A stretch of 64,000 nt of DNA from the NCBI GenBank assembly GCA_031551205.1, contig JAVBNY010000003.1, positions 20,590-84,589 on the forward strand, read 5' to 3'. The notes below the pieces were generated by a model that was not told where the DNA came from, searched no databases, and saw only the letters and a list, made by a program, of their open reading frames with translations. The stretch comes from Oscillospiraceae bacterium (GTDB lineage Bacteria > Bacillota > Clostridia > Oscillospirales > JAVBNY01). The position numbers and the translations under genes are program-made. Positions 19,526-28,700 of the stretch are shown piece by piece (the stretch's first letter is position 1; each line of letters starts with the position of its first letter).

Positions 19526-19568
19526 GGAGCGGGCGTCCGTATGGACGCCCGCTCCCTGCGCTTTTTTT
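19526..19568. terminator. Terminator between convergent giant genes
   Basis: GGAGCGGGCGTCC-gtat-GGACGCCCGCTCC followed by CTGCGCTTTTTTT. Lies between the 19508 (+) and 19600 (-) stops. Confidence 0.75.
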
Positions 19569-19599
19569 GCGGCAGTCACTGATTCGCCGGTGCCGCAAG

Positions 19600-22500
19600 T
19601 TACTTTATTCCGCTGAACGTAAAGGTGTAACTCGGGAACAGCCCTGCGTATTTTACGCCGGAAACCGTGAAGACGTCGCCCTCAGCGGCGGCATAGGCTA
19701 TCACCAGCGCGTTGCCGTCCTGCACGGGTGTGAAGACATCCTTCCCGTTAGTAGCGGAAAATCCTTTGCTCCCGGCGGAGATCTCGGCTGCGAACTCAAA
19801 CCTCGTCTGAGCGCCGGCCTTCACAAGAGTCACCTTCCAGATGTCGTTGTTTTTAGGCACAATCGTCACCTTGAGTGTCCACTGTGAGTCCACGCCGTCA
19901 ATATTAATCCTGATGCTTTCCACCTTATTTTCGGTTACAGCCGGAACCTCATCCTTTGTGAACCTAAATATTGCGACTCCGTTTTCAGCTTTTTCCGTCT
20001 TGCCGAGGAAGGTGACCGTGACGTCCTTGTCAAGCAGCAGGTCGTTGTTGAGCCTCACCGCGACATTCGCGGCGTAGCCGGACACCAGCGTGTCCACGGC
20101 AGTCGCATTTTTCGTGTTATACACCCTGCTGAGCGTGGTGATGAGGTTCGCGTTTTCATACGTTGTCTGGCTGGCGGCGCGCCTGTGATATTCCCTCGAA
20201 ACCAGTGTGCCGTCGATGCGGCCCTTCACCGCGTTTACCATGTTATACACATAGGTCTCGTCAAAAAGCGTGCGGAATTCGTTGTGACCCGGCATGATGG
20301 TGTAAGGCCTTCCGCCCATTCTCTCGACCATATGCTGTATCCTCGGCAGATATTCCTCCATCGACCATTCGCTGCTCTGGAGCCAGACGTCGCCTGATCC
20401 GATCGAATCACCCGTGAAGACGAGGCCCAGCTTGTCATAGAAGAAGTTCTGCGAGCCTGTGGCGTGGCCGTAGAGCTCGACAGCCTCAATAGTTCCGCCG
20501 CCGATCTCCCATGTGTGCCCGTCGTTAATTGTGATCAGCTTTTCGATGTCCTGCCCCATCGGCGTGACATAGGTCGACCTCTCGCGCCAGTTTACATACA
20601 CGTTTTTGAGCTGGTCATGTCCCACAAAGTCGGGGATCTTTCTCCAGTGGTCGCCCGAGTTGTGCGTGATCAGCAGGTCAATGGGTATTTCCTTGTTTTT
20701 GAGCACGTTGTCGCGGATAAACTGATAGAGGTCGCCTCTGCCCATGCCGGTGTCTATGACAATGGCGCGCTTGTCGTCCTCAATGACGTGGATGAGGCCG
20801 AGATCCTGGTCGGTTATCGATGTCACCCCGTCGGCAAGCTTCTGTATCGTGTATTTCAGTCCGGGGTCCTTCGTGTTTCCCTCCGAGCGCGTGAGCGACT
20901 GCTCAAATATCCAGTTATACCATGTGAGCCCCGTGAAGCATTTCTGCCAGGAGTTGTGCGCCGGTATGCAGGAGCCGGCCGCGAAGGTCTCCGACTTGAT
21001 GCAGACGCCTCCGGCGGCCTTAACGGCGGCAATGGCGTTGTTCATCTCGGCAACGGGCACCACATCGTCGTCGGCCGCGTGGTTGACCCAGATAGCCATA
21101 TTTGCGATGCCCTTAAATATCTCGGGAGTGTCATAGTATTTTTTGTCGATCTTCGCGCTGAACGGGCCGGCGGCGGCAAACTTGGTCGGGTTTTTGAGTA
21201 TATAGTCCCAGACGCCGTCGCCGCCCATTGAGATCCCGACGATATACAGCCTGTTTGTGTCGACGGCAGGATTCGCGGCTATGATGTCGTTAAGCGCCTT
21301 CATCACGAGGGTGTAGACTCCTTCGTCGCTCCATGTCTTGCCGGAGGGGCACTGCGGCGCCAACATAAAGGAGGGGTTTTTCGCTTGAAGGTCGCTGTCG
21401 GTCCAGAAGGTCGCCTTGGCCGCTTCCGAGAGCTGCGACACATTGTCGCTGCCCGATCCGCCCTCGCCGTGGAGATAAAGCACGAGCGGATACTTTCCTT
21501 CCGCGCTCACGCCGACGTTTGCAATCGGGTCGAAGAGCCTGTATCCGAGGCTGCTTTCACCCATGGCCACGGTTCCGGCAGTAAAGCCGCCGGTCACGTA
21601 ATCACCGAGAATATCCCTCGCGCCCAGCGAGTCGAGAATATACTCGCGCAGCATATTGTCCCTGTTTTCCCAATAGCCGGTAAACAGCGAAGACTTGGCC
21701 TTGATGTCGCAGTTCAGCCCCTTGCCGATCTCGAGGAACGTCTTGTTCTCGTTCGTCATGGCGGGCCACTCTGGCAGGCCCGGGCCGTTGGGATTGCCGG
21801 TTTTTATAAAGTTTGCCCACATGGAATTGACCGTTTCCGCAAGCTCTTTGTCCTCGGCGGTCCATGCCCTGTGCTGGGGAATGTCCCTCATGGAATTGAA
21901 CACGTACCAGAGCTCAGAAGAATGCCACGCCTTATCGATGTAAGCGTCGTGCCCAGGCTGGGTGCTGTTGCTCGGCCAGTGATCAAAGTAGTACACATAC
22001 GGGTTCTTACCGAGAACCGAGAGTATCTCGCCGATGACCCTGTGCCTCATCAGCCCCTGCTCTGCGTTGAGCTCGGTGCTGGCGCTGACCGCTGCTCTGA
22101 GGTCATGCATCGGGTACATCGACTCAACCGCGTATTTGTCATAAAGGTTGCCGTAAGTTCTTTTAAGCGAATCCCTTATTGCCTCAATTGATTCCGGTGA
22201 CGTGCCCCTCCACGGGCTCTGTTCGCCGTCGTTTGAGCCATAGATGAGGTCGATGCCGTCGAGCGCCCCCGGCGTCAGGAAATAGTCAACCGGCTGCTTT
22301 GTCAGCGCATATCCGTCAAGGTTTTGTCCCAGACTGACGTAATACTCATCTTTCGTGGTGGTTTCGTTCACAAAATAAGAGGCGGGAACGGCTCTCAGCT
22401 CGTCAAGCGTCTTGCCTTCAAGCCCCTTCGCCTTCATGTAGTTGGACGATCTGGTCTTTATTGTGTTAAGCGTTGAAACATTACTGTAGACGCTGAAGCT

Positions 22501-23298
22501 GCTCTCCATAATCGCGCGGTTAAACAGGCCCTTCGCGAGAGGGGAAGTGAGCAGGAGCCTTGTGGCGCCCGCGCCGGCCGATTGTCCGCCGATGGTTACG
22601 TTGTCGGGGTCGCCGCCAAATGCGGCGATGTTTTCCTTGACCCACTTAAGGGCAGCGATCTGGTCAAGCAGGCCGTAGTTGCCCGAGGTCCCGTATGCAG
22701 CCTCGGCGTCGAGCCTCGAGTCGGCATAATAGCCGAACAGGCCAAGCCTGTACCCTACGGATACGACCGTAATGCCCTTTTTTGCGAAGGCCTCGGGGTT
22801 AAACTCGGGCTCATAGCTGTAGCCGTGATAGCTCGCCCCGCCGTGGAACCAGACGTACACCGGGCGCTTGTCGGCCGCGACTGAAGCGTCCGTCGCAGCG
22901 GTAGCCACGTTCAGATACAGGCAGTCCTCGCTCATCACCGGGTAGCTGTCCAGATAGTCGTAGTAAAATTCGGGACCCCAGTTGTCCGCCGTGCTGAGGA
23001 TCTGCATGGCCATGGGCGCGTATGTATCGCAGGCGCGAACGCCTTCCCAGCCGGCGGCGGGCTGCGGGGCTTTCCAGCGGTTAGCTCCGGTGGGCGGCGC
23101 CGCGAACGGGATGCCCTTGAATATTGTGACGGCGGTATCCTCGCTTGAAACGCCTGTCACGAGGCCGCTTTTCGTCTCAATAGCCTTTGAGAGCGCCGGT
23201 GTCGCATCCACAGCCATTGGGACAGAATATGCCGACAACAATCCCGCAATCATAGCGATGGCAATTAATAAAGGAACCATTCTTCTATAATGTCTCAT
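19600..23298 (-). CDS. Secreted triple-hydrolase fusion: type-B carboxylesterase + second alpha/beta-hydrolase esterase + metallo-beta-lactamase-fold domain + shared C-terminal module
   Basis: Signal peptide MRHYRRMVPLLIAIAMIAGLLSAYSVPMAVDA. The COesterase region has EDCLYLNV, VWFHGGA and GGDPDNVTIGGQSAGA (GxSxG). The second hydrolase has PLVLYLHGEGGSG and RLYIVGISMGG. The MBL fold has DLLITHNSGDHW (HxSxDH in place of HxHxDH), GHATGS and MPGHNE. Ends GVKYAGLFPSYTFTFSGIK. Confidence 0.8.
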   Translation of the reverse strand: MRHYRRMVPLLIAIAMIAGLLSAYSVPMAVDATPALSKAIETKSGLVTGVSSEDTAVTIFKGIPFAAPPTGANRWKAPQPAAGWEGVRACDTYAPMAMQILSTADNWGPEFYYDYLDSYPVMSEDCLYLNVATAATDASVAADKRPVYVWFHGGASYHGYSYEPEFNPEAFAKKGITVVSVGYRLGLFGYYADSRLDAEAAYGTSGNYGLLDQIAALKWVKENIAAFGGDPDNVTIGGQSAGAGATRLLLTSPLAKGLFNRAIMESSFSVYSNVSTLNTIKTRSSNYMKAKGLEGKTLDELRAVPASYFVNETTTKDEYYVSLGQNLDGYALTKQPVDYFLTPGALDGIDLIYGSNDGEQSPWRGTSPESIEAIRDSLKRTYGNLYDKYAVESMYPMHDLRAAVSASTELNAEQGLMRHRVIGEILSVLGKNPYVYYFDHWPSNSTQPGHDAYIDKAWHSSELWYVFNSMRDIPQHRAWTAEDKELAETVNSMWANFIKTGNPNGPGLPEWPAMTNENKTFLEIGKGLNCDIKAKSSLFTGYWENRDNMLREYILDSLGARDILGDYVTGGFTAGTVAMGESSLGYRLFDPIANVGVSAEGKYPLVLYLHGEGGSGSDNVSQLSEAAKATFWTDSDLQAKNPSFMLAPQCPSGKTWSDEGVYTLVMKALNDIIAANPAVDTNRLYIVGISMGGDGVWDYILKNPTKFAAAGPFSAKIDKKYYDTPEIFKGIANMAIWVNHAADDDVVPVAEMNNAIAAVKAAGGVCIKSETFAAGSCIPAHNSWQKCFTGLTWYNWIFEQSLTRSEGNTKDPGLKYTIQKLADGVTSITDQDLGLIHVIEDDKRAIVIDTGMGRGDLYQFIRDNVLKNKEIPIDLLITHNSGDHWRKIPDFVGHDQLKNVYVNWRERSTYVTPMGQDIEKLITINDGHTWEIGGGTIEAVELYGHATGSQNFFYDKLGLVFTGDSIGSGDVWLQSSEWSMEEYLPRIQHMVERMGGRPYTIMPGHNEFRTLFDETYVYNMVNAVKGRIDGTLVSREYHRRAASQTTYENANLITTLSRVYNTKNATAVDTLVSGYAANVAVRLNNDLLLDKDVTVTFLGKTEKAENGVAIFRFTKDEVPAVTENKVESIRINIDGVDSQWTLKVTIVPKNNDIWKVTLVKAGAQTRFEFAAEISAGSKGFSATNGKDVFTPVQDGNALVIAYAAAEGDVFTVSGVKYAGLFPSYTFTFSGIK
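19603..20097 (-). other. Shared C-terminal module, copy 4 (165 aa)
   Basis: VDTLVSGYAANVAVRL...NNDIWKVTL...EGDVFTVSGVKYAGLFPSYTFTFSGIK. The first subdomain is more divergent because the AG.Y motif is absent. Confidence 0.7.
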
Positions 23299-23384
23299 TT
23301 TTCTTCCTCCATTTTTTCATCCGCTTTTTACACTTTCAATCTGATCGCTGCCTTTTTATCACCTTCCCGTCCAAAAAATTAGCG

Positions 23385-23503
23385 CCGGTAAAGACAAGGT
23401 ATCCGGTATCCGCACTGATTCCGCGTGGGCCTCCCGCCCCTTCGTCGGCCCGAGTGCGGCGGGTGACGAAGCTCCGGCGGGACAGTACCGGATAAAAATA
23501 TCC
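23385..23503 (-). promoter_or_regulatory. Candidate structured 5' leader RNA of the esterase gene
   Basis: Minus-strand RNA GGAUAUUUUUAUCCGGUACUGUCCCGCCGGAGCUUCGUCACCCGCCGCACUCGGGCCGACGAAGGGGCGGGAGGCCCACGCGGAAUCAGUGCGGAUACCGGAUACC. Nested helices are CCGGUA/UACCGG, CCCGCC/GGCGGG and CUUCGUC/GACGAAG. Loop CCGCACU is complementary to the downstream AGUGCGG, giving pseudoknot potential. A second CCCGCC competes for the single GGCGGG. Confidence 0.4.
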
Positions 23504-23509
23504 TTTACT

Positions 23510-23538
23510 ATTATAGTAAACTTTCTTTGCGTCATCAA
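23510..23538 (-). promoter_or_regulatory. Sigma-A promoter of the esterase gene
   Basis: Minus strand TTGATG, 17 nt, TATAAT (23538-23533 / 23515-23510). Predicts a ~205-nt 5' UTR before ATG 23298. Confidence 0.6.
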
Positions 23539-23797
23539 TAATTATTGTGCTATGTATTATAAATATTGTGTCTGATTTCTAATATTATTGTAATTTATAT
23601 CTAAGGCCATAACTGTATGTCTCGCTAAAAAGGGAAAAACAATGTCTCGCAAAAGTCGGTTTACCCCATAAATGACAGTGGATTTTTCCCAAGATTTGTG
23701 GTAAAATTTTTGCAACTTAAAGGGTTCAGCCCGTACGCCCGGATCTCTCGGGCTACCCGCGCCAATGATCTGGCAACACTATGTGAGAGGACATTTT

Positions 23798-25258
23798 ATG
23801 ATCCAATTATTGGAGCGCCTGCTGAACAACAGCCTCGCAGCTGCCACTCTTGACATTATGTACACGCTGCTGTGCAATCTTTTCATCTCTGTGCATCTGC
23901 AAAAAATCAATTGCAAAGATATACCAAAATGGCGCTGCGCCGCCTTCGCGCTGACTCTGACTGCCGTTGTGTGCCTTCCCGCGTATATAATTTTGGCCAA
24001 CTACGGGTACGCCGGCGCTCCTGTTCTCTCTGATTTTGCCCAGCTTCTGGTAATTTCGATTTTCAGCTATAGGAACCCGCTGTGGCTGGCCGCATATTTC
24101 TTCGCGGCCCGGTTTATTCTCGGGCTGCCCCGGCAAAATGTATCCGGCTCCGCTCTGCTGGTGTTCTTTTTCAGCGAGCTGTTCGCCTTGGTTTCAAACG
24201 GAGCGGAGTATCTTTACCTCCCGTTTAAAACTCTGCTCTCGCCCATTGCCGGATTTTCCGTCGCGCATATCCTTCTAATATTGTGTGTAATCCTTCTCAA
24301 TATGGCCGTGGCAAGGTTTATCGACCGCAATATCCACAGGCTCAAAATGCTGTTCGAGGTGGGGAGGGAAGGGAAAAGGCACGTCGGGTTTACAAGCTTT
24401 CTGTTTGCGTGCGCGATTTGGAGCGTGCTGGCATTCGGAGATCTTTTGATCACGACTAACCGCCTCGTCGCCAAAGAATATTTTACGCCCGTGATGATCG
24501 CGTTTATAAGCGTACTGATTGTCCTTACCTTCAACATAAAGATGAAGAATGTGGCGCTCTACCAGGCCTCCCTGCACAATAAGGCTCTGTTTGAGGCCAT
24601 CGAGGAGTTTCGCGGTGTCCGCCATGATATGAACAATATACTGCAAGTCTACAACGGCTTTATTCAAATCAATGACTTTGACGGCCTGAAAACATTTCAC
24701 AAGACGCTCTTTGACAAGACTATTGAGCTGAACGAAAAGCTCGAGTTTCACCGATGGCTGAAGGAAAGCCCCGCTCTCTATGGTTTGTTTATGTCCATGG
24801 AGGATGCTGCAAAGGGGTTAGGCGTGGTATTCGACGTAAAGAATGCCTTTTTCTTCACGCAGATCGGCATACCGGATTTCGACCTGTGTCGCCTTCTCAG
24901 CAACCTTATCATAAACGCTGTCGAAAGCGCATCCGATTCGCCGAACCCTTATGTGCAGGTAAGCGTCGCGCGCGGCCTTCGCGGCGAGATGGTTGTCACC
25001 GTCACAAACACAACGAGTGAAAAAGTGGACACCTCGCGCATGTTCAAATGCGGGTTTTCCACCAAGCCGGGGCACTCCGGCCGCGGCCTGTACGAGGTGA
25101 ACAGAATCCTCGCAAAATACTATGGCTGCACCGTCACCCCCGCCTATGAAGAGTCTTTTTTTGTAATGTATCTCCGCCTTCCCCGCAAGGCGCCGGGCTC
25201 TGCCTCAGACCAAAATAGTCAGAAAAGATCTAAATCCGATCCTACGTCTGTTAGATAA
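23798..25258 (+). CDS. AgrC/ComD-like GHKL sensor histidine kinase (HATPase_c_5 type), polytopic N-terminus
   Basis: ATG 23798 after GAGAGGA. About 6 TM helices, then FRGVRHDMNNILQV (H-box-like) and LSNLIINAVES...FKCGFSTKPGHSGRGLYEVNRIL (N and G boxes of the GHKL fold). No LytTR regulator or agrBD genes are adjacent. Confidence 0.7.
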   Translation: MIQLLERLLNNSLAAATLDIMYTLLCNLFISVHLQKINCKDIPKWRCAAFALTLTAVVCLPAYIILANYGYAGAPVLSDFAQLLVISIFSYRNPLWLAAYFFAARFILGLPRQNVSGSALLVFFFSELFALVSNGAEYLYLPFKTLLSPIAGFSVAHILLILCVILLNMAVARFIDRNIHRLKMLFEVGREGKRHVGFTSFLFACAIWSVLAFGDLLITTNRLVAKEYFTPVMIAFISVLIVLTFNIKMKNVALYQASLHNKALFEAIEEFRGVRHDMNNILQVYNGFIQINDFDGLKTFHKTLFDKTIELNEKLEFHRWLKESPALYGLFMSMEDAAKGLGVVFDVKNAFFFTQIGIPDFDLCRLLSNLIINAVESASDSPNPYVQVSVARGLRGEMVVTVTNTTSEKVDTSRMFKCGFSTKPGHSGRGLYEVNRILAKYYGCTVTPAYEESFFVMYLRLPRKAPGSASDQNSQKRSKSDPTSVR

Positions 25259-25294
25259 GCCGCTCCTGCTCCCCACGGCTCATTACGAACGGGT

Positions 25295-25338
25295 AAAAAT
25301 AACCTCTCGCGGCGCTTTTGCCGCGAGAGGTTATTTTC
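25295..25338 (+). terminator. Rho-independent terminator after the kinase gene
   Basis: ATAACCTCTCGCGG-cgcttttg-CCGCGAGAGGTTAT followed by TTT. A-rich on the other side, so potentially bidirectional. Confidence 0.7.
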
Positions 25339-25753
25339 ATTGCAAAACACAGCAAATCCAGCCTTGCCCCGCTTCGGCGGCGCGGGTGATTCAGTTTAAA
25401 GGGCGTGGGGCGCGAGGCCCCGCCCCACGCAAAAATTTTATGCGTTGCCCGTTTTCTATTCATAATTGTGTGAAGCAGAGCATGAAGTTTTGCTCCTAAA
25501 TTCCATGTGTTTTTTGCCATAAGCCCGCCCCAATGCCTTCTGTATGTTCGTTGGAAACGTATATCTTTTGGAAACAATCCCCTCAATATCTAAAGACCGC
25601 CTTTTTTGTGTCGATAAATTTTGTAGTAGACATAAGAAGTCTTTTCGCCTATTTTTTGCAGAAGGAGGAGTGCCTGAGGGGAAAGCACTGCTTAATGACA
25701 GACGGACTAAATAGATTCTTATTCATCAATTTTAAAAATGGGGGTACACAAAA

Positions 25754-28700
25754 ATGAGGAAAAACCTGAGGCTGCTCAGCATTTTGCTTACGTTGAGTTT
25801 CGTTCTGAGTTTCGCGGTTCCCGCGGGTGCCGCATCGCCGGACGCCGGCCAGTATCCCGCGGGGCTCGACATCTCAATGTTTGAAGCCGGGGATCAGCAG
25901 ATGGGGCTTTTGTCCCTGCCCAACATTAAGGCCTCGGACATCACATTGGCAAACGTCGATTACGCAAATGAAACGCTCACAATCTCCGCCGGCAACTTGA
26001 GCATGATTTCCTTTTCGACGGACACGAAAACATATGAGCTCTATGCCGACGAGGCGGACGAAGACGGCGTGCTCAAGCTCTCCGACTATTGGGGCAAAAA
26101 GCTCACCTTCCTCGTCTTCCCGTCGCCCACGCTTCAGGCGCTGACGCTTCCGGCGCGCCCGGCAAAGCCCGCTCCCAAGATCGACTTCGCGCTTGAAAAG
26201 ATCACGGCCGTCTCGAATCTCATGGAGATCAGAAGCGCCGATACTCCGGAGGAGCTGGACGAAGAGGACTTTGAGCCTCTCGGCGCCGTAACCGTCCCCG
26301 CCTCCGATTATTTAGGCAAAACCGTTGAAATCAGGCTGAAATCCACCTCCTCAAAGCCCGCTTCGCTTTCCGCGCAGCTCACGGTGCCCGCGAGGCTGGC
26401 CGCTCCCTCCGCGTCCGAGTTCACCGTCAATTTTGCCACGGCCGCGCTGACAATGGCGAACACGACCACGGCCTATGAGGTCAGCATTGACGACAAGGCG
26501 ACGTGGACGGCCGCTACCAAGACATTTGCTCTGGCAGGCGCGTTTAGCAAGGACGTTGAGAAAATATACGTAAGGATCAAATCCACAACAACAAACTTCG
26601 CCTCATCCGAGGTGGAAAAATCAATATCCGCCGAAAAGGCCGACGCCCCGGATGTGACGCTTGATCTCGCGGGCGAAAAGCTCAAAGGAGTCTCCAAGTC
26701 CACGATGGAATACAGCATAACCAAGGGCGATAAATGGGTTGCCTTCACCGCCGACGGCGATTTCAGCATCTCCGCAATTCTTGACGGCATATCCACAACA
26801 ACCCCTCTTGCCATATACGTAAGAACAAAGGCGCTGGCCGCCGTGCCGGCCTCCGCCTCCGTAATATTCACCTTTACCGCGCGTCCCGCCGCGCCGACGG
26901 GCGTGACACTGGACGTCAAAACCGAGGAGATCAAGGGCCTAACCGCCGACAAGTCTCTTTACAGGTTTGACACCACATCCACGTGGACGGCCGCCGAGGC
27001 TTCCACCGCCGCGCTTTCCGCAACGGCGAAAACCATTCAGGTTCGCAACGTGGGCATAGCGTCCGACGAGGAGGACGACCCCGCAGTTGAAATCCCCGCC
27101 TCAAAGATACTGACCCTGACCGTGCCCACCCGCGGGACAAAGCCCTCGCCTGTCTACAGCTCAGTCACAGACGCGATAACCGGCGTGACAACCGCGATGG
27201 AGTATCAGCCGCTTGACGCCGCCGACTCCGAGATAAAAGCCGACAAGTGGGAAAAGGTCGCCACAGCTAATATGAGCGGCACCGCTTTTAAGGTCGTTCT
27301 CCCGGACGAGGACGAAACCAGGCTGAAATTCGTCGTTTTCCGCATCGCCCCTGTTGAGGGCACCGGAACCTCGGCGAAGCTCGCCTCCCTCCCCAGCGCG
27401 GTAATAAAAGTGGCCGCCACGACGGCAAAGCCCACAGGCATAACCTTTGACAAGGCCACGGAAGCAATCAAAGGCATGACCGCTCTAATGGAATACCGCC
27501 TGAAGGGAGCCACAGCCTGGACCGCGGCTTCCGCCACTCCACTGAACATCTCCGCGGCGCTTGACAAGGCGACGGCGGAGCTCGTTTACGAGGTCAGGAT
27601 AAAGGCCGTCACGAGCGGTACGGGTGTCGCCCCCGCAAGTGAGGCGGCCGAGGTTGAGGCCGGAATGCGCGAAGACCTCGAAGAGGAGCTCAGCTGGGAT
27701 ACCGCAACCGGCAAGGTGAAAAACCTCGACGGAGATACTGCCTATGAGTTCCGCCTTTCCACAGCCACGGCATGGACAGCGTTCACCGAGGCCGGCCTCC
27801 AGGCGCTCGTCCCCGCCGCCTCAGCTACAAAAGACGTGACTGTTTACATCCGCGCGAAGGCTTCGGCCGACGCCGTCGCCTCCAATTACCAAACGCTGAC
27901 GCTCAAGCCGAGAGCAAAGACTCCGGCGGCCAAACTTGATCCGGCAAACGAGACCATAAAGGACGTCACCACAAACATGCAGGTGAAGATCGGCACAGCC
28001 GATTGGGCCGATGTCGATGGCACTACGATTGACATCAGCGCGGTCGGATACAGCGGAAATGTCGATTTGCAGCTGAAGGACGTCTCCACCGTGCCCGCCT
28101 CAGACGTTCAGAAGATAACCGTCAGCAGGCCTGCAGCGCCCAAGGTAACCGCGAATTACACAAACATGACGTTCACCGGCGCGACTGCCCTGATGGAATA
28201 CGCCGTCGATCCTGAGGACGAGGATGCTGAATGGGAAATCGTCGCGCTGGATACAACACTCAAGGCCATGCTGATTAACGAGGAAATGTCCGGCAAGACG
28301 GTCGGCTTCCGTCTTGCGGCGACAGCAACCGTGCTCAAATCGGGCGTCACGAAGATAAGCGTCCTTGAGAGCGCCGCACAGCCAGCCATCACCGTCTCGT
28401 TTGATTACCTGACGGAGACCCTGAAGGGCTCCAAGACCGGCTCTGAGTTCAGGGTCGGAACTACAGGCGCTTGGACGGCGCTCGGCGCCTCAGCCGTCGC
28501 TCTCCCCGCCGCGGCAAAAACAGCGCTTGACGAGGACGACGTCGACGTTTATTACAGGGATATGGCCGTAACCGGCACGTCTCCCAAGCCTCCGTCCACC
28601 TCCGTAAAGATCACCGTTACAAAACGTGCTGCCGCCCCGGATGTGTCCTTCGACAACGCCACCGCAAAGCTCAAGGACATCACAACCGGTATGGAATACA

